From assembly GCA_001179505.1 (NCBI GenBank), contig CDMY01000257.1:62001-126000 (forward strand): 64,000 nucleotides of DNA. Reading direction: 5' to 3'. Shown here piece by piece: positions 21,001 through 35,080 of this stretch (position 1 is the first letter of the stretch; every line of letters starts with the position of its first letter). Origin of the DNA: Vitrella brassicaformis CCMP3155 (taxonomy: Eukaryota; Protista; Chromerida). Under the pieces are notes generated by a model, which had not been told where the DNA came from, searched no databases, and saw nothing but the letters and a program-made list of their open reading frames with translations. A program made the position numbers and the translations under genes.

Positions 21001-24000
21001 ACGGGCACAGCGGAGCTGCTGAACCGGCTGGCAGTCGACACGGCCTTCTCAACCGATGAGACCGATCTCGCTCAGTACTACACGGGCGAGAAAGGCGGCA
21101 TTGCGACCCTTTTCCCAGAGCTAGGATACCTCCGCGACCTGGTGAGTGAGTGGGATTCACACACAGATGACCCTGTGGTCATCTGTCATCTGTCCTCACA
21201 CGTGTCTGCCGGCCTTCTGCAGGTGTTTTATTTCAAGGCTCTCCTCAACCCCACCAGCGACCAGCTGCCCGCCATCCGGTCGTGGGACCCCGAATCGGCC
21301 GCCATCCAGTGGTCCTACACACACGCCAACAAACAGGGCAAGCTCGCCGCCTTCGCATTCGACAAGTCCCTCGAGTGCGCCAGATTTCAGAAGGACGACT
21401 ACTACGAGAGGAGGTCGTCAGTGTGGTCCCGGATGTGGGAGTGGGTGGGGCTTGGGAAGGCACCCCGTGTGCCGCCGAGCAAGGCAGACCCGGCGACGCT
21501 GCTGCCCAAGCCGCAGAAGATCGAGAGTGAAGACGATCTGCTGCATGTGAGGGATATGCCGACGTTTGGTGGCGAGGCCGGGCAGAAAGGCGGGCTGATT
21601 GGGGAGGCCCTGTCGGAGCAGCTGCTGAGCTTCCTCACGGTACCGTATCTGCGCATTCCCCTCGTCATGACGTTCCTGGCCGACGCGGGCAGAGTGGACG
21701 CACTCACCGACGCAAATCTGCAGGTGTGAAGACAACACACTTTCCCACACACATAATATGGATGGTTGCAAGCCTGATGTGTACTGTCTCCCTCTTTGCG
21801 TGTATCTGTGCATCATCAGGGTGTGGTCGCAGCGGCCTTATTCGAACCGGGCGGCTGGTGCTCCTCATCTAACCCCTCTCCCCCCACCCAGGTGCCCACC
21901 CTCTCCGCTGCACACATCGCCACGCCGCTCGGCCTGCTGCTCAACGAACTCACACACAGCCCCGCCACGACACTCACAGCCATCGACAGGCTGCTCCAAC
22001 TCGCCATGGACAAAGACACCGGCAGATACAAGAGCCCCGCGTGCCGTCTGCTGCTGTTCGTCGTGCGCATCATGGCGAGGGTCTTGGCGTTTGTCAAGGT
22101 GGTGAGAGAGCGGAATCGAGAGGGCAAGAACGACGGCCTGCTGGCCGAGTGGGAGAAGAGGGCGACAGAGCAGCTGACAGGGGTGGTGGCGAGGCTGCTG
22201 GCGGCTCTTGCGTTCCGGGCGGTGCAGGACCAGCAGATGGGATATGCCTGTGCGATCCACGCGCACCTCGTCTTGATCTTTTGCCGAGAGATGGGTGACG
22301 CCCCATCTGTGGCAGCCTTTGTCAGCAGCCTGGTCTTCGTCATGACCCACCACCGGTTGAGCATCGACGTGGCCGAGGGCAGCACCGTCAAGCGCGCTGC
22401 AGTATCATCGGACGAGGACGCCGCCGCGTCTCTCATGGGGCTGCCCGAGTGGGAGCTGATCGAGGTGTTCCAGACATCTCGCCACTCCCTCATCGCTTTC
22501 ATGAAGACCAATCCCACTCACCGCAACACAATCCTCGAGCAATGCGTGCAGCTGGTCAGCTTCGCCTCTGGCGGCCCTCTGCTGGCCGACGCCGGCAGCA
22601 GCAGCAGCGACGCCGGGGCACGCTCCTGGGTCCAGCCGCTCATCCCTACACACTGGGAAGGCCGATTCGTCCCGCAGAACGAGCTGCCTCCTGCTGTCCG
22701 CGAAGGCCGTGTGGACGTCGCAATGCAGGGTGGCTCGTACGAGTCTTGGCTCAAGCAGCGGGTTGGCCGGCTGTCCGACTCTGAGATGAACCTGCAGTTG
22801 GGCGACTTCTCTCTCCGCAGTCAGCAGATGAAGCTGCTGGGGCCGTGGGTGAACTCGTTTGCCGATTTCCGCGCACTGTTCGGCGGTGTGGGGGCTGACA
22901 AGGCGTTCCAGTGCGCCGAGGTGCGGCGTGCCACCAAGCGGCTGACACTGCAGCTGGTGGCCGAACGATACACTCTGGAGGTGGGACAGACAGACAGAGG
23001 AAGGGAGAGAAATGTGTGGATGTCCCTGCTGTGTGTGGTTCATTCAGAAATGGCGTGCCCCTGACGGCCCGGCCAGCTTGCCCAGTGGCTTCAAGAAGAG
23101 GTACCGTGTTGGTGGCCGTGGCCTGACGGCGGCACACAGATGGGCACTGCCACTGCTGGACCCCTTTATCAAACGATACCTCACAAGTAGGTCGTCGAGT
23201 CAACCAACAAAGAGAGACCAGACCCCCTTTGATCAACCTACCTTATGTGTGCGTGCAGACCTCCCGGTGTATCTCTCATCCGATCATGTGTCCGACCCCA
23301 CCACTCTCCGGCTCGCCTTCCTCGCCACCCACACCACCACACACAAGGACGCCCGGGGCAACACGCACAAGACCACACACACCCGCCTGCGCGAGATCCA
23401 CCTCAAGCACACCCACGACGACAGGTCTCCCTTCCTGGAGCTCTATGACGTGCAGGAGTGCGGCCGCCGTCACTACCGCTCGCTGGTGTACTCGACCAAC
23501 GCGTCCATGACGCTTCACAACCCCTCACCAGTGGCCATCTTTCACAGCGGTCGGTACCCAGTGCTGCAGGGGGGTCTGCCCGCGCCAGTGGTGCCGAAGA
23601 GTGACGAGAGCCTGGTGATCCAGCGGACTGTGGGGGATGTGGTGCAGGAATACGTCCCACCGAGGTTCCTGGCTGGTACGCACAGGGGGAGAAAGATCGC
23701 CACCGTATGCGCACAAAGGTGCCTTGGTGTCCCATTTCAGGTTTGCTGCCGAGTGCCCTGATCGAGGCATACGAGTTCTGGCAGAAGGTGGGGCAGGGGG
23801 TCAAGGAGCTCATCGGCTACCAGCTCCCGCACAGCAGAGAACGCTCCCGCACTCCGTCGATCCTACTCGTGACCGTCCATCCCTCACACACACACGCCTT
23901 CCGCTCCACGGCCACCGTCACGCGCCACACGACCACTCTGCCCCCGGCCGGCCACCTGGGGATGGACCCAGCAGCTTCTCGGGCAATCGATGGCCGCCCA

Positions 24001-27000
24001 CTTGTGTGGGATGAGATTGACAGAGAGGGGGAGGCGATGGTGCTGATGAACGCGCAGAGGGTGATAGGTGGCCGGGATGACTGCCCGCTGAAGCGGCTGC
24101 TGATGGTCGTGATGCGCCTGGAGAACCTGTCGCACGTGCTGGTGTGGCGGGAGAAAGCCGGTGGGGCGTATGTGGTGGAGATGCCGCGAGTGGACCTGAC
24201 TTTCACGGGCAGCGGGGATGGCAATGGGGCCTTCTACTGCGAGCAGCATAGTGGATTGTTCGTCAGCCGGATGGACCCGCTCTCGTGTGACAGGACGCGA
24301 CGGCTGCTCGCCGGCCTTCCCAACGTCATTCTGCTGGTACACACATGCACAACACACATACGGTTCCTTGGTGTTCCATGCCTATGGCTCTGTGTGTGCA
24401 GGAGAGTTCTCACGAGGAGTTGTATCTGCTTATGGCTGCGACGGGCAAGCCGATCAGGGTGCGGGAGACAGTCGACATTCTGTTCAATCGGGAGGACAGT
24501 GAGTGGGGGGAGGCGGGTATGCGGCACTTCCTGTACCCCATCCACGTGTCGCGGACGTTCGTCTTCATCCCCACTGCCGAGGCGTCCCTGTGGATGCTCC
24601 TCATGAGGCTCATGAGTGGCCAATACGAAGAGGTACGCACAAGGGGTGGTTGAAGGCTGGAAGAAACCACGCCCCAACCTTCTTCTTTGTTGCGCGTCTG
24701 CAGGTGTTCTCTCTCTCCGAGACGGCGTGTGTGGTTGACGGCACCCTCACCGACGCACAGCAGCTGCTCTGGGACGCCTTCATGCACACCCTCACCGACC
24801 GCCCGCCGTTCCCCCACCCAGACATACACGCCCTTCGCCTAAAGCTCCTCCTCAACGCTCGTGCGGCAGGCGCGCCGGCACGCCTTTTCGCCCCCATCTC
24901 GGCAACCACCGACGTGCGCTCGTCCCTTCTGGCGTACGTCCGCAACGCGCGACACATCAGTGCGGAGTGTCGGCTGACGGCGGATGAGCAGTCGACGCTG
25001 TTTGCCTATGTGGGTGCGTCCATGGTGGGCGACATCGAGCTCGTCAACCGCCGGTCGCTTCTAGACGCCGTCAAGCCACGGGTGCATCGATCGCTCTCTG
25101 GGGCGGGCATGTCACTGGGAGGGGCCGTCAGGGAGGTACGCAGAAGGAGAAACACCCACTCGTTTGCCATCTCTCGCTCACAGTTGGGTGTCTGTCGTCT
25201 CTCTGTGTCAGGTGGACATCAAGTACCCATCTCTCCCGGCCCTCCATCCATTCGACCGACCATCACGCGGCGACGGGCAGCTCTCCCTGGGCTCATGGCT
25301 CGACCAGGCCCTCGCCTCTGTGGGTTCCATCGGCATCATCGATCCCGCCCGACCGTCGGAGGGGCAGCACGAAGGGCCGGGTGCCATCGAGTGGCTCGAC
25401 GCTCTCATGGGCAGCGGGGGCGCGGGGTGTGTCGGGCTGAGGCATTTCTTTGTTTTCTATGACCTCATGACGTCCAGGCTCCCCGTGCGAATCCTCCCGG
25501 ATGACTCCTCCCACAAGTTGGGTGGGCTGCTCCTGAGGTTCCTCCCACCCAGGTCAATGACTGACATGACACACCACATGAGGACAAAAGGGCCTCATTT
25601 TCTCGTCCGTGTCGCCGTGAGTGCAGGGATTTCTCCGCCGACAGCGGGCTCACATCGGTGCTCCGCGCCATGGCCGCCGACCCGTCCTTCGCCAAATCCA
25701 TGCCCATCCGCAAGACGGAGGAAGACAACAAGGATCCCGGCAGCGGCAGCAAAGCCAAGAAGGACACCCCCATGGCGGCCATAACGTCGTTCTTCAACGT
25801 GGGCGCCAAGAAGGAGCGGCTGCAAGCATTCTTCGCCGACCTCAGGAGAGCCATCGAGACGGCAGAGAGGCCGGCGAGTGACGATGTGGCCGAGATGAGT
25901 GCCTACGTGCCGCCTCGAAAGGTCTTCGTGAGGCCGTTCGACCACCCCAGCAACCGGTAGGTGGGGTGATGGGAGGGGGCAGAACAGGCGTCACAGATCT
26001 GCGTGTGCTTATGTGGGCAGTGAGTTCTGGTACTGCTATCGCGGCGGAGACAATGCATGTGGCGAGCGGGTGATCGAGCCATTCTCTGTCGACCACTCTG
26101 ATAACGGTGTGCAGAATACCCAACAAATACACACGCGTGTGCATTTTTCTCCCTCTTTACCTCTATCAGGTGCTTCTTACCACATCGATGCGGCCCTCCT
26201 GCATGCCCTGTTCACCAAGCCGATGGCACCCATCGACCTGTCGGCGTATGTCAACCACGTGACGCAGAGTCAGCTGGGCCACGACAAGGTGTCCGCTGTG
26301 ATGCCCTTCCACCTGTCCAATCATTCTGTGGCCAAGACGCCAGTGGCTGTGGAGATGAGGAGACGACTCAAGGTGGAGATGGATGGGCCGGAGAGATGAC
26401 GAGCCGGAAATGGCTCATGCATGTATCATGTTTGTTTGTACGTTTGCTGAACTTCAGGACGATTTGTGTGTGTATGCTGATGGGGTGAACAAGGGCATGA
26501 CGCCCGTGCTGATCGGCCTCATGGAGACGGAGATCCCATCCACTCTCCAAAACGGTACAGCACACGACATCACATCACACCACACCACCCCATCTCTCTA
26601 CGCGTCTCTTCGTCTGCTTCGCACCATCAGAGTTAGCCCTGACCAACGTGCTGCAGCGGCTGAAGACCCTCTATCGGCAGCTGACGGCAATGCGGCAACA
26701 AGACCAGAAAAGAGGTGTCGACCTGATGCAGCGCGCCGTGCGGCTCGCCAACAGATGCTGCGAGACATCACGTGAAGAGGCCGGTGGCCCAGACGTGCGC
26801 AAACACGCCCTTGCGCTTGCCAAGAGCGGTGGCCACGAGCCCAGCCTGGCTTTTGACGCCCTGGTGGCCCTGCTTACCAGCCAGCAGGCCACATCCACCC
26901 TGCAGTGCATCAACCCCCTCCTCTCCCCCGAACAGCACACGCGGCTTCTCTCTCTCACTGCTGTGGCCCTGCTGCTCATCAACCGCACCTCGCAAAGCGA

Positions 27001-30000
27001 CAGGTGCCTCCGGTCCTGTGCTGGGCTCATGCGGCTGCTCGCCAGCGACGGCACAGATAGGAGTGTGGACGCAGTGCGGCTGAGGGCGGGCGAGCTGGTT
27101 GGGAACCTGTGTGCGGAGAGGCACTATGGGTCGGTTATGAGCGAGGGGGGCGGCGTGCGATACGACCCCCGGCTGCTGGTGTTTGAGTTCGCGAGCACCT
27201 TCCTGCTGCGTGAGGCGCAGACGATACTCATTGACAAGTTTGTGGGGGCGGCATCAGGTGGTCAGTCGCTGTGTCACCAGATGATCATGGGAGCTGGAAA
27301 GGTAACAAGAACAGAGCACTCGGACACTATGGGTGGGTGCGTGTGTGACACGTGTATCCATCCATCCTTGATGCAGACGACGGTCGTGGGCCCGCTACTG
27401 TCCCTGTTGCTGGGCAGCGACAGGTCGCTGATTGTGCAGGTGGTGCCTCATGCATTGCTCGAGTTCACCCGCAGCGTCCTGCGGGAGCGATTCAGTGCCA
27501 TGATTCGCAAGCCGATCCTCACCTTCCACTTCGACCGGTACGACACGGTGACTCCCGAGCTGCTGATGCGGCTGCAGAATACGCGAGAGAATGGGGGTGT
27601 AATGATATGTGACCCGACCTCACTCAAGGTGGGTGGGTGGGTGGGTGGGGGGAGGTGCTGGCGTGGCTGTACCATGTGTGTCCTTTCAGAGTTTCATGCT
27701 CAAGACGGTGGAGCTGCTGCTGTCGCTCGACCGACACGCAAAGGTAGGTCGGTGGGCATCTGCCTTGATCGCCAGTATGTCATGTGTTTGTCGGGTGTGT
27801 CGGTCTGTCAGGTGAAGCAGCAGCTGGCCATGATGCAGGAGGGCACCGACACCGACGACTCATGGGGCCTCGGCAAACTCGCCGGCAGCGTCGAGGCGGG
27901 CATCAGGAAGCTCGTCGGCATGGGCAGCAATGACGCGCTAAAAGAGGCCAAGAAAGGTCAGCTGCATTCTAGCTGTTGATGCACCAACAGCCGTCCTTTT
28001 CTCTTCGCGTGTGTTGTGTGTTTTCAGGTCTGTTGGCGGCTGTGTTTGGCGACGCTGAGCTGAGCGGTGTGCGTGACGAGGTGTCGCTGTGCTTCGACAT
28101 CCTGATGCTCTTCCGCTCATCCACGCTCATACTCGACGAGGTCGACCTCATCCTACACCCACTAAAGAGCGAGCTAAACTGGCCTATCGGTAACACCGAC
28201 AATGCACAGATGGTCTCCCCCACCTCACGTGTGTTGTGAGTGAGTATGGTTGGTAGGTCTGAAGTACCCGCTGGATTTCACCCGCCCCGACCCCTCACAC
28301 AAGAAGGACAAGCGGGCCAGTGACGGTGTGAATGCGCCGCTCGAGCTGGGTGTGAGGTGGCAGATGCCGTGGCACCTGCTCGACGCCATAGTCTTCTGCC
28401 AGACGGGCAAGATGACCGTCAACTTCCAAGACAGCAGGTGAGTGACGACACCATCAACACGCTGATACATGCCTGCATACCCGTTTCTGTCTGTGGTGTG
28501 TGTTGGTCTCAGCGAGGCGCTCCGTCTGCTGCAGTCCATCCGCGAGGCCATCAGCCATGCGGCCGAGGGCGGCCTGCTGCAGCGCACCCCCCACCTGATC
28601 CTTCTCTCCACCTCATTCTACCACGCCACTCTCAAGCCCCTCCTTGCCAAGTGGCTGTTCTTCTTCCTGCGTTCCAAGCGGCTGACGGGCATCAACGACG
28701 AGACGGCCCTGAGGTACCTGACGGGGGCGGAGGGCGAGTTGACGCGTGACGAGGGGATGAAGGCGACGCTCGAAAGGGGTCTGAGCGACTTCCACATGAA
28801 GATGCTCAACCTGGGGAGGGAGTGGCTGCACTCTCTCATGCCACACGTACTCGCCAAAGTCAACCGAGTCAGGTCGGTCAGGGGGCGAAATGAGGAGAGG
28901 GGCCGAGGGTATCTCCTGCTCTGTCTGTGTGTCTTCATCAGTTTCGGCTACCTTCGTCCAGCGGACATTGTCCGTCTGCAGAATGACCAGCCGCTGATGC
29001 CCCGGTCTCGGCGGCTGCTGGCAGTGCCGTTTGTGGGCAAGGACGTGCCCAGCCGCGCGAGTGAGTTCTCTCACCCCGATGTGGTCATTGGCCTCACCAT
29101 TCTCGCCTACCGCCTCGACGGCCTGCGGATGGACGATTTCCGCCAGGTACGCAACAGAACCACACACCTGACTCCCTCATGTCACTGTCGTTTCGTGTTT
29201 TCTCAGACGATGAGCGGCCTCAAGCAGACGCTCGAGCAGCAGGTGGGCCCTGTCGACAAGCGCCCTGCGTCACTTAAGTTCAACAAGTGGGTGGACAAGG
29301 CAGGAGGCCGCGTGAGGGGCAGCAAGCCGTCGTCAGCGACACAGGGGCTCCCCCCAACAGCCCCCGCCACCGCCCCAATCCCTGCCAGCGCCACGTTGGA
29401 TTTCGACCCGATGCGTGTGTGGCCGCTGGCGTTGATCGACCTGGGAGATACGGAGCAAATGGACGCGTTGTATGGGCTGCTGCAGCACGAGAGCAGCGTC
29501 ATCTGGGGGTACCTGCACGAGTACGTCTTCCCCGTGTGTTTGGAGCACACCACACTCCAGCTGAGTGCTTGTGGGCAAGATTTGGGCGGTTCGAACCTGT
29601 TCGGCACACGGCTGGGCTTCTCAGGTATCTATGGCACACCCGCTCTGTGCTTGCTTGATTCAGACACGTGTGTGTGTGTGTGTGTGTAGGCACGCCATCC
29701 AATTTGATCCCTCGCGAGCTGGGACTGTGTCAGTACGAGCAGGGGACGGACGGTAAGTGACAGGAGAAGAGACGGACTCAGTCAGCTGGGAATCTTGTCG
29801 GTCAGGTAAGATCCTCACGCTGCTGACCTCACCCCGGGTGGTAACCCACACGACCCTCGAGCAGGGATGGGGTGTGGCGGCCATTCTCAAGCGAGTGGCC
29901 AACGGGGGATTCCACGCGCTCATCGACACAGGTACACAGCACAACTATACATAGAGGAAGCATGGACATGCTGTGTGCCGTGTGATGTGCCTGCAGGTGC

Positions 30001-33000
30001 GCTGATAACGGGTCTGTCCAATTTGGAGGTGGCTCGCCGTCTGCTGGCTGCCGGGCTGAAAGGGCACGATGGTGTGGTGTTCCTGGACAGCCAGGACCGG
30101 CAGATGGTGCTTATGAGAGAAGGAGGCAAAGTACTTCCTCTCGCCCAGTGCGGCCTCTCGTGGGACAAGCGTTTCACCTTCTACGATCAAGTACGCCGGG
30201 ATGCATGGTCCATCCATCCATTTGCTCGCTTCTCATGTTTCTTTCTGTGCCATCAGATCCACACGACCGGCATGGACATCAAGCAGGCCATCTCTGCTCG
30301 TGCCGCTCTCACTATCGGCAAAGACATGACGCTGCGGGACTACAGCCAGGGGGCCTTCCGCATGCGCGGCATCGGCAATGGCCAGACCCTCCAGGTACTC
30401 ATCCCGCCAGAGGTCGCTCGCCTCATCGCCGAAGCAGCATCCATCGACCCCCCATCCCTCGCCACCCTCTCGGCTGCTGACGTGCTCTCCCACACAGCGG
30501 GTTGGCTGACGCTGCAGAGCATGCGCAGCGAGAAGATGCAGTTCGACCTCCTGTGCGAGCAGGACCTCTGCAACGTGTGGCGGCGACGGGCGTTCGAGCT
30601 CCTGCGCGAGGGCCACGACCAGGTGGGGAGCAGCGCGTCCCTCCTCTCTCGTGATAAGGCCCCCCACCCCCTGGCCCTCGCCGTCGACACTTTTCGCGAC
30701 CGAATTGACTTCACCGTCCCCAACACTGTGGAGGCGAGTGAGGGTCTTGGCGAGAAGCTGCGAGACCTGATGCAGGAGAACGACAGGATTCTCACCGATG
30801 AGGACCGCCAGACGTGTGGCCTTGTGCTGCGGCGGATGGAGGGGGGCGGGGAGGGGGCGGGGAGGATGGGCGGGGTCATGTACACGTCAGAGCTGGTCCA
30901 GCAGCAGGAGGAAGAGCAAGAGAAGGAGCAGGAACAGGAGCAGGTGGGCAGGCGGGCGGGCGAATGGGGCACATATATTGACGCGGTTCTTTCATCCATC
31001 GATTGTGTCGTTTTGTGGTGTGTGTCGGTTGGTCATCGCTGCAGGAGCAGGAGGAAGAGAAGGAGAAGGAAGAAGAGAAGATGACCGAGCCAGAGGTGGC
31101 GCTGCCTCTCAAGTACTCACGAGACGACGAAAACCCCATCCCCTGGCCCATCACCGCGCTGTCACACCCACCGGCCCACAGTGGTGCGCCACCCTTCTAC
31201 CCGCTTTCAGAGTTTGCCGTGCTCGTGAAACTTCTCCAGAAGCCGAAGCCGCTGGACTTCCCACACCATCTGTCCCTCTCACAGGTGGGCACAACACGCG
31301 ACCACACACCATTGCAGCTGGCCGCATCTCTGTCCATGTGTGGCTGTGCTTTGCATGTGTGTGTATCAGAACCACTATCGTCAGAAGTGGTCTCTGCAGA
31401 CCTTCCGCCGGCTGAAGAACGTGCTGGTGGTACTCGAGTGGATCCCAGACACTACCAAGCTGGGCAGCGATGTGGACAGAGATGAGGGGCAGAACGAGCT
31501 GACGGACGAGCAGGAGGATCGACTTCGGAAGGCCTTCGAGCTCTTCGACACTGACAACGATCGCACCATCGATAGGGGGGAGCTGGTGCCGCTCCTTCGC
31601 GCCATGGAGATGGAGGCAAGGAGCGCACAAACACGAGAGAGGAAGCCACCGTGCATTCATTCAGGTACATACATGCCTGGCCGCTTCATGTGTGCAGGTG
31701 GACGACTCTATGGGGACAGAGATAGTGCAGCTGATCAAGAGCCGCCTGGCCACCGACGGTCAGTCCCCCACCTCCGTCACTTCACTCTCGTTCGACGAGA
31801 TCCGCACCGCACTCGCCGACAGACGACTCCTCACAGCACAGGAGGGCCGGCATTTTGTCGTCCTCTCTCTCGCCGAGGCCCAGACGATTCGTGTGGCCCT
31901 GCACGCCACCAATGGCCGCATGCCAGACGGCAATGTGGCCTTCGCCCTACGGGCATTGCCATGTGGGTTTGTGGCTTTCGACTCGAGTAGCGGATTCGGC
32001 GATTGGAAGCGTGGTGCCAAGGCCCTGGTGAAGTACCAAGAGGAGAGCGCGGCTCAGTGCTGTCGGTTCGTCAACTCGGAGCACTTCTACACGCCGAAGC
32101 AGCTGGCCATCCTGTTGCGGGCGCTCCAGCCCAACGACTGCAAAGCCCGACAGACATTCTTCCTGGAGGTGAGTACAGCATCACAGTACCCACCAAACCA
32201 AAGCTTTTTGTTCTCATCTTTCCTTCTCTTATCAGGTCCGTCGCTGCCGGCGTCGTGCGCAGCTGCCGTGGGAAGACACACCTCTCGCACAGCTGTTTGC
32301 CACGGCAGACGACTTTGCCGCTTTGAAGCTGAAGGCCGTGGGTGCGCGTGTGCGGCAGCGGCTGTACGAGAGGGGCATGAGCCTCGCCGACGCATTCATG
32401 GCCTTCGACCACAACAGAGACGGTGGGGAAGAGGGAGAAGGGGAAGGGGAGACGGCAAGGTTTGGGTGTGGACTGTATGTACTGTGTGCTGGCTGTGGTG
32501 TGGTGTGGATGTATTGTGTAGGTGTGTTGAGTGGGGCCGAGCTGTATGGTGGGCTCAAGTGGCTGGGCGTGCCGCTCACGCCCGAGGAGGTGCGGGACGT
32601 CATCACCTTCGTCGATCACGACGCCAACGGATTCATTCAACAGGTGACAACAAAAGGCAACAACAAACATCACTTGGCGCATCCATCCATCCATTCTCCA
32701 TCCTTGCAATATGTAGGCTGAGCTTCTGGATGCCTTCGGCGTCTCGTCCTCCTATCTCCTCACCGACGAGACCTCCAGCACCACCCTCCCGTCGCCCACT
32801 CTCCGTGTTGAGCACGCACAAGCAGCAGCGCTACGCCCTGCTGCACTTCCCCGCCCTCCCGCCTCCCCCGCCGCGACCCACCAGATCATCCCGGTGGCGG
32901 TGCCCGGCATCCATGAGGCCCTCGGCGCCTCCCACGACCCAGCACAAGTCATCGACAGCGGCTTGCGGCGCCTGCAGGCCGCACTGGTCGATCGGCTGGA

Positions 33001-33850
33001 GTTTTCCATCGAACGCCACGACAGCTTCCACAAGGTGTGGACGAGTGAGGGCTCGACCATGATGATGCCGACCGCCTTGTCGCTGTGGGAGCCTGACGAG
33101 CTCAAGGGGAGGCGAGTGGAGCTGAGAAAGAACCGACTGCGGCTGTGTGTGGGGCACTATGCGTCGACACAGAAGGCGCTGGTTGTCGAGGCGCATGATT
33201 TGGGCATCACTGTCTTCAACAAGCCGCGTGAGATGACCGCCGCGCTGGAACTCATTTGCCCTCAAGTCATCCGATTCAAACAGGTCCGTCCACCAATCTT
33301 GATCGACATGCAGACGTGACGTACGTGTACGGATGTCACGGTGCCTTCTGTGCGCGAGTGTCATGCAGGTGTGGGCCAATGAGCGAGGCTCTCATCCCCT
33401 TTATGTGTGGCGGGGGGTGCCGCCCTCTGATGACTTTGTAACTCTGGGGCTGATGGTGACCAGCAAGAGAACACCCCCAAAGCGGAGCCACCAGAGATGC
33501 ATACCCAGAAAATGGGTACGTCCACAGACACCTATAATCCGATCAAGCAGTCTGTCTGTCTGTCTGTATGCTTCTCTGTGTGCTGTGTGATGTGTGTGCA
33601 GGTGCGTGTGCTGGACAGTGACAAGGTGTCAGCTGCGGCAGAGAGGCTGCTGGACAGCGAGAGTATCGGGGCTGGCGCACGGCCCGGGTGCCTCTGGAGT
33701 GTCCCCCCGTATGGCCTCCTGGCCTTCACAGAGCAGGAGGGGGAGGAGTTCTCCCAGCCTGCTTTCGCGCTGCCGATGGCCTTCAAGCTGAAAAGTGCCG
33801 ACAAGGCACATGGCGGCGACGCCATCCCAGATGTGATTGTCAGTGAGTGA
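18003..33850 (+). CDS. Giant multi-exon DUF3638/DUF3645-type protein with an SF2/SecA-like P-loop core, C-terminal EF-hands and a Vps62/DUF946-like segment
   Basis: First exon MVAPPLDVELIDKLVGKWRKRSHKKLVIEITQ (18003-18098). Motifs: QMIMGAGK|TTVVGPLL (P-loop split by an intron near 27.3 kb), ILDEVDLILHPLKSELNWP, LLAVPFVGKDVPSRASEFSHPDVVIGLTILAY, GFSG|TP, ALIDT|GALITG, FYDQ|IHTTGMDI, RDYSQGAFRMRGIG. EF loops FDTDNDRTIDRGEL and DHDANGFIQQ. Vps62-like GVPPSDDFVTLGLMVT. Stop position approximate. Confidence 0.85.
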
Positions 33851-34589
33851 CTGACCAACCAAGTGATCTGATTGATGAGTCTGTGTGTCCACGTGGTGTG
33901 AGGTGAGTGGCCTTTTGTGTACCTCGAGGAAGGGTGTGGTGTGTTGTGTCCACATGGAATACCATCAAATTCCCTGAGGGGAAGGGGAGGGGCCTGGCTG
34001 CCAGTGGCTGGTATCTTTGCGCAGTGCATTTATTCATTTTGTGTTGTCGATCAGCAGTGTCGTGGAGCGATTGAGTGGTAGTGTTTCGGTCCTGTGTGCG
34101 TGGAGGCTAGGTGGAGGCAAAGCCGTACAGCTACAGTGCTGTGCCTTTCTGGCCAGCGGCATCTTACATGTACCTCTCCCTTCAAGATGGACATGAATCG
34201 TATTCCATGACAGAACAAAAAGATCCGAGCGCAAGGGACATGTGTGTCATCTGCTCTCAGATCTCTCGTGCATGACACGGCCTACCTGTCAAAAAATGGA
34301 TTTTATGCAATCGTACTTTGCCTCTGCCCACCTTCCATGGCCTCCTGCTGCATGTCCTCAAAAAAGCGCGGCGTGGAGATTTCTCGCGAGACGGAGATAA
34401 ACTTGCAAATTTCCGAATGATTATGAGCTTGCATTTTTCATTATTCTACGCATTCAGCTTGCCAGCCTTGTTTCAGCCACAGATCCTCCAATTCTTTTTC
34501 TTTTCGGCTCTCATAGTCTGGTATTGTGCGCATCATCTCCCTCCCAACTCGTCCGGACGTCATCGGGCACTTTTTTTCTCAACCGCCAA

Positions 34590-35080
34590 CCGCCATGCCC
34601 CCCAACACCGGCATCCCCCAACATCGGCGGGCAGAGTGCTGACTGCCTTGGGAAGGGAGATTCACGGCCTCTTATCGCCCCTATATGCGAAGGACATCAG
34701 CAGCATCAGCCAGCAATCCCGTGCAGCCATCAACAACCTTGAGGAAGATCCCGCCTTCTTCGACACAAGACCTGCTCACCCATCCTGACCTCCCCTTCAC
34801 ACCGACAGCCGAGAAGAAGCACATCCTCTTCGGCGAGGCTGCGCTCTCAGTGCTGGGCCTCGCGGGGAAGCTGGAGACTCACCTTCGAAGCCGCCCTCGA
34901 AACAGTCAGGCACTGACTGAACAGAAGAAGGAAGGTAGACCAGACCAGACACCGATGTGTGTGTGTGTGTGTGTATGTGTTACTTACAGGGAAATCAGCG
35001 AGAAGTTGCTCATCCCAGGTGTCTTCACGCTCGACAAACAAGGGGGGCACCAGTTCAAGGGAGGCGCAGTCATAATGAGA
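34590..35080 (+). other. Coding-like segment of uncertain strand and structure (possible small gene or gene relic)
   Basis: Coding-like codon bias in two overlapping + frames (AINNLEEDPAFFD; EKKHILFGEAALSVLGLAGKLE) and a plausible + intron at 34935-34989. No clean start. A plausible - strand intron (34987-34917) overlaps it. Confidence 0.3.
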
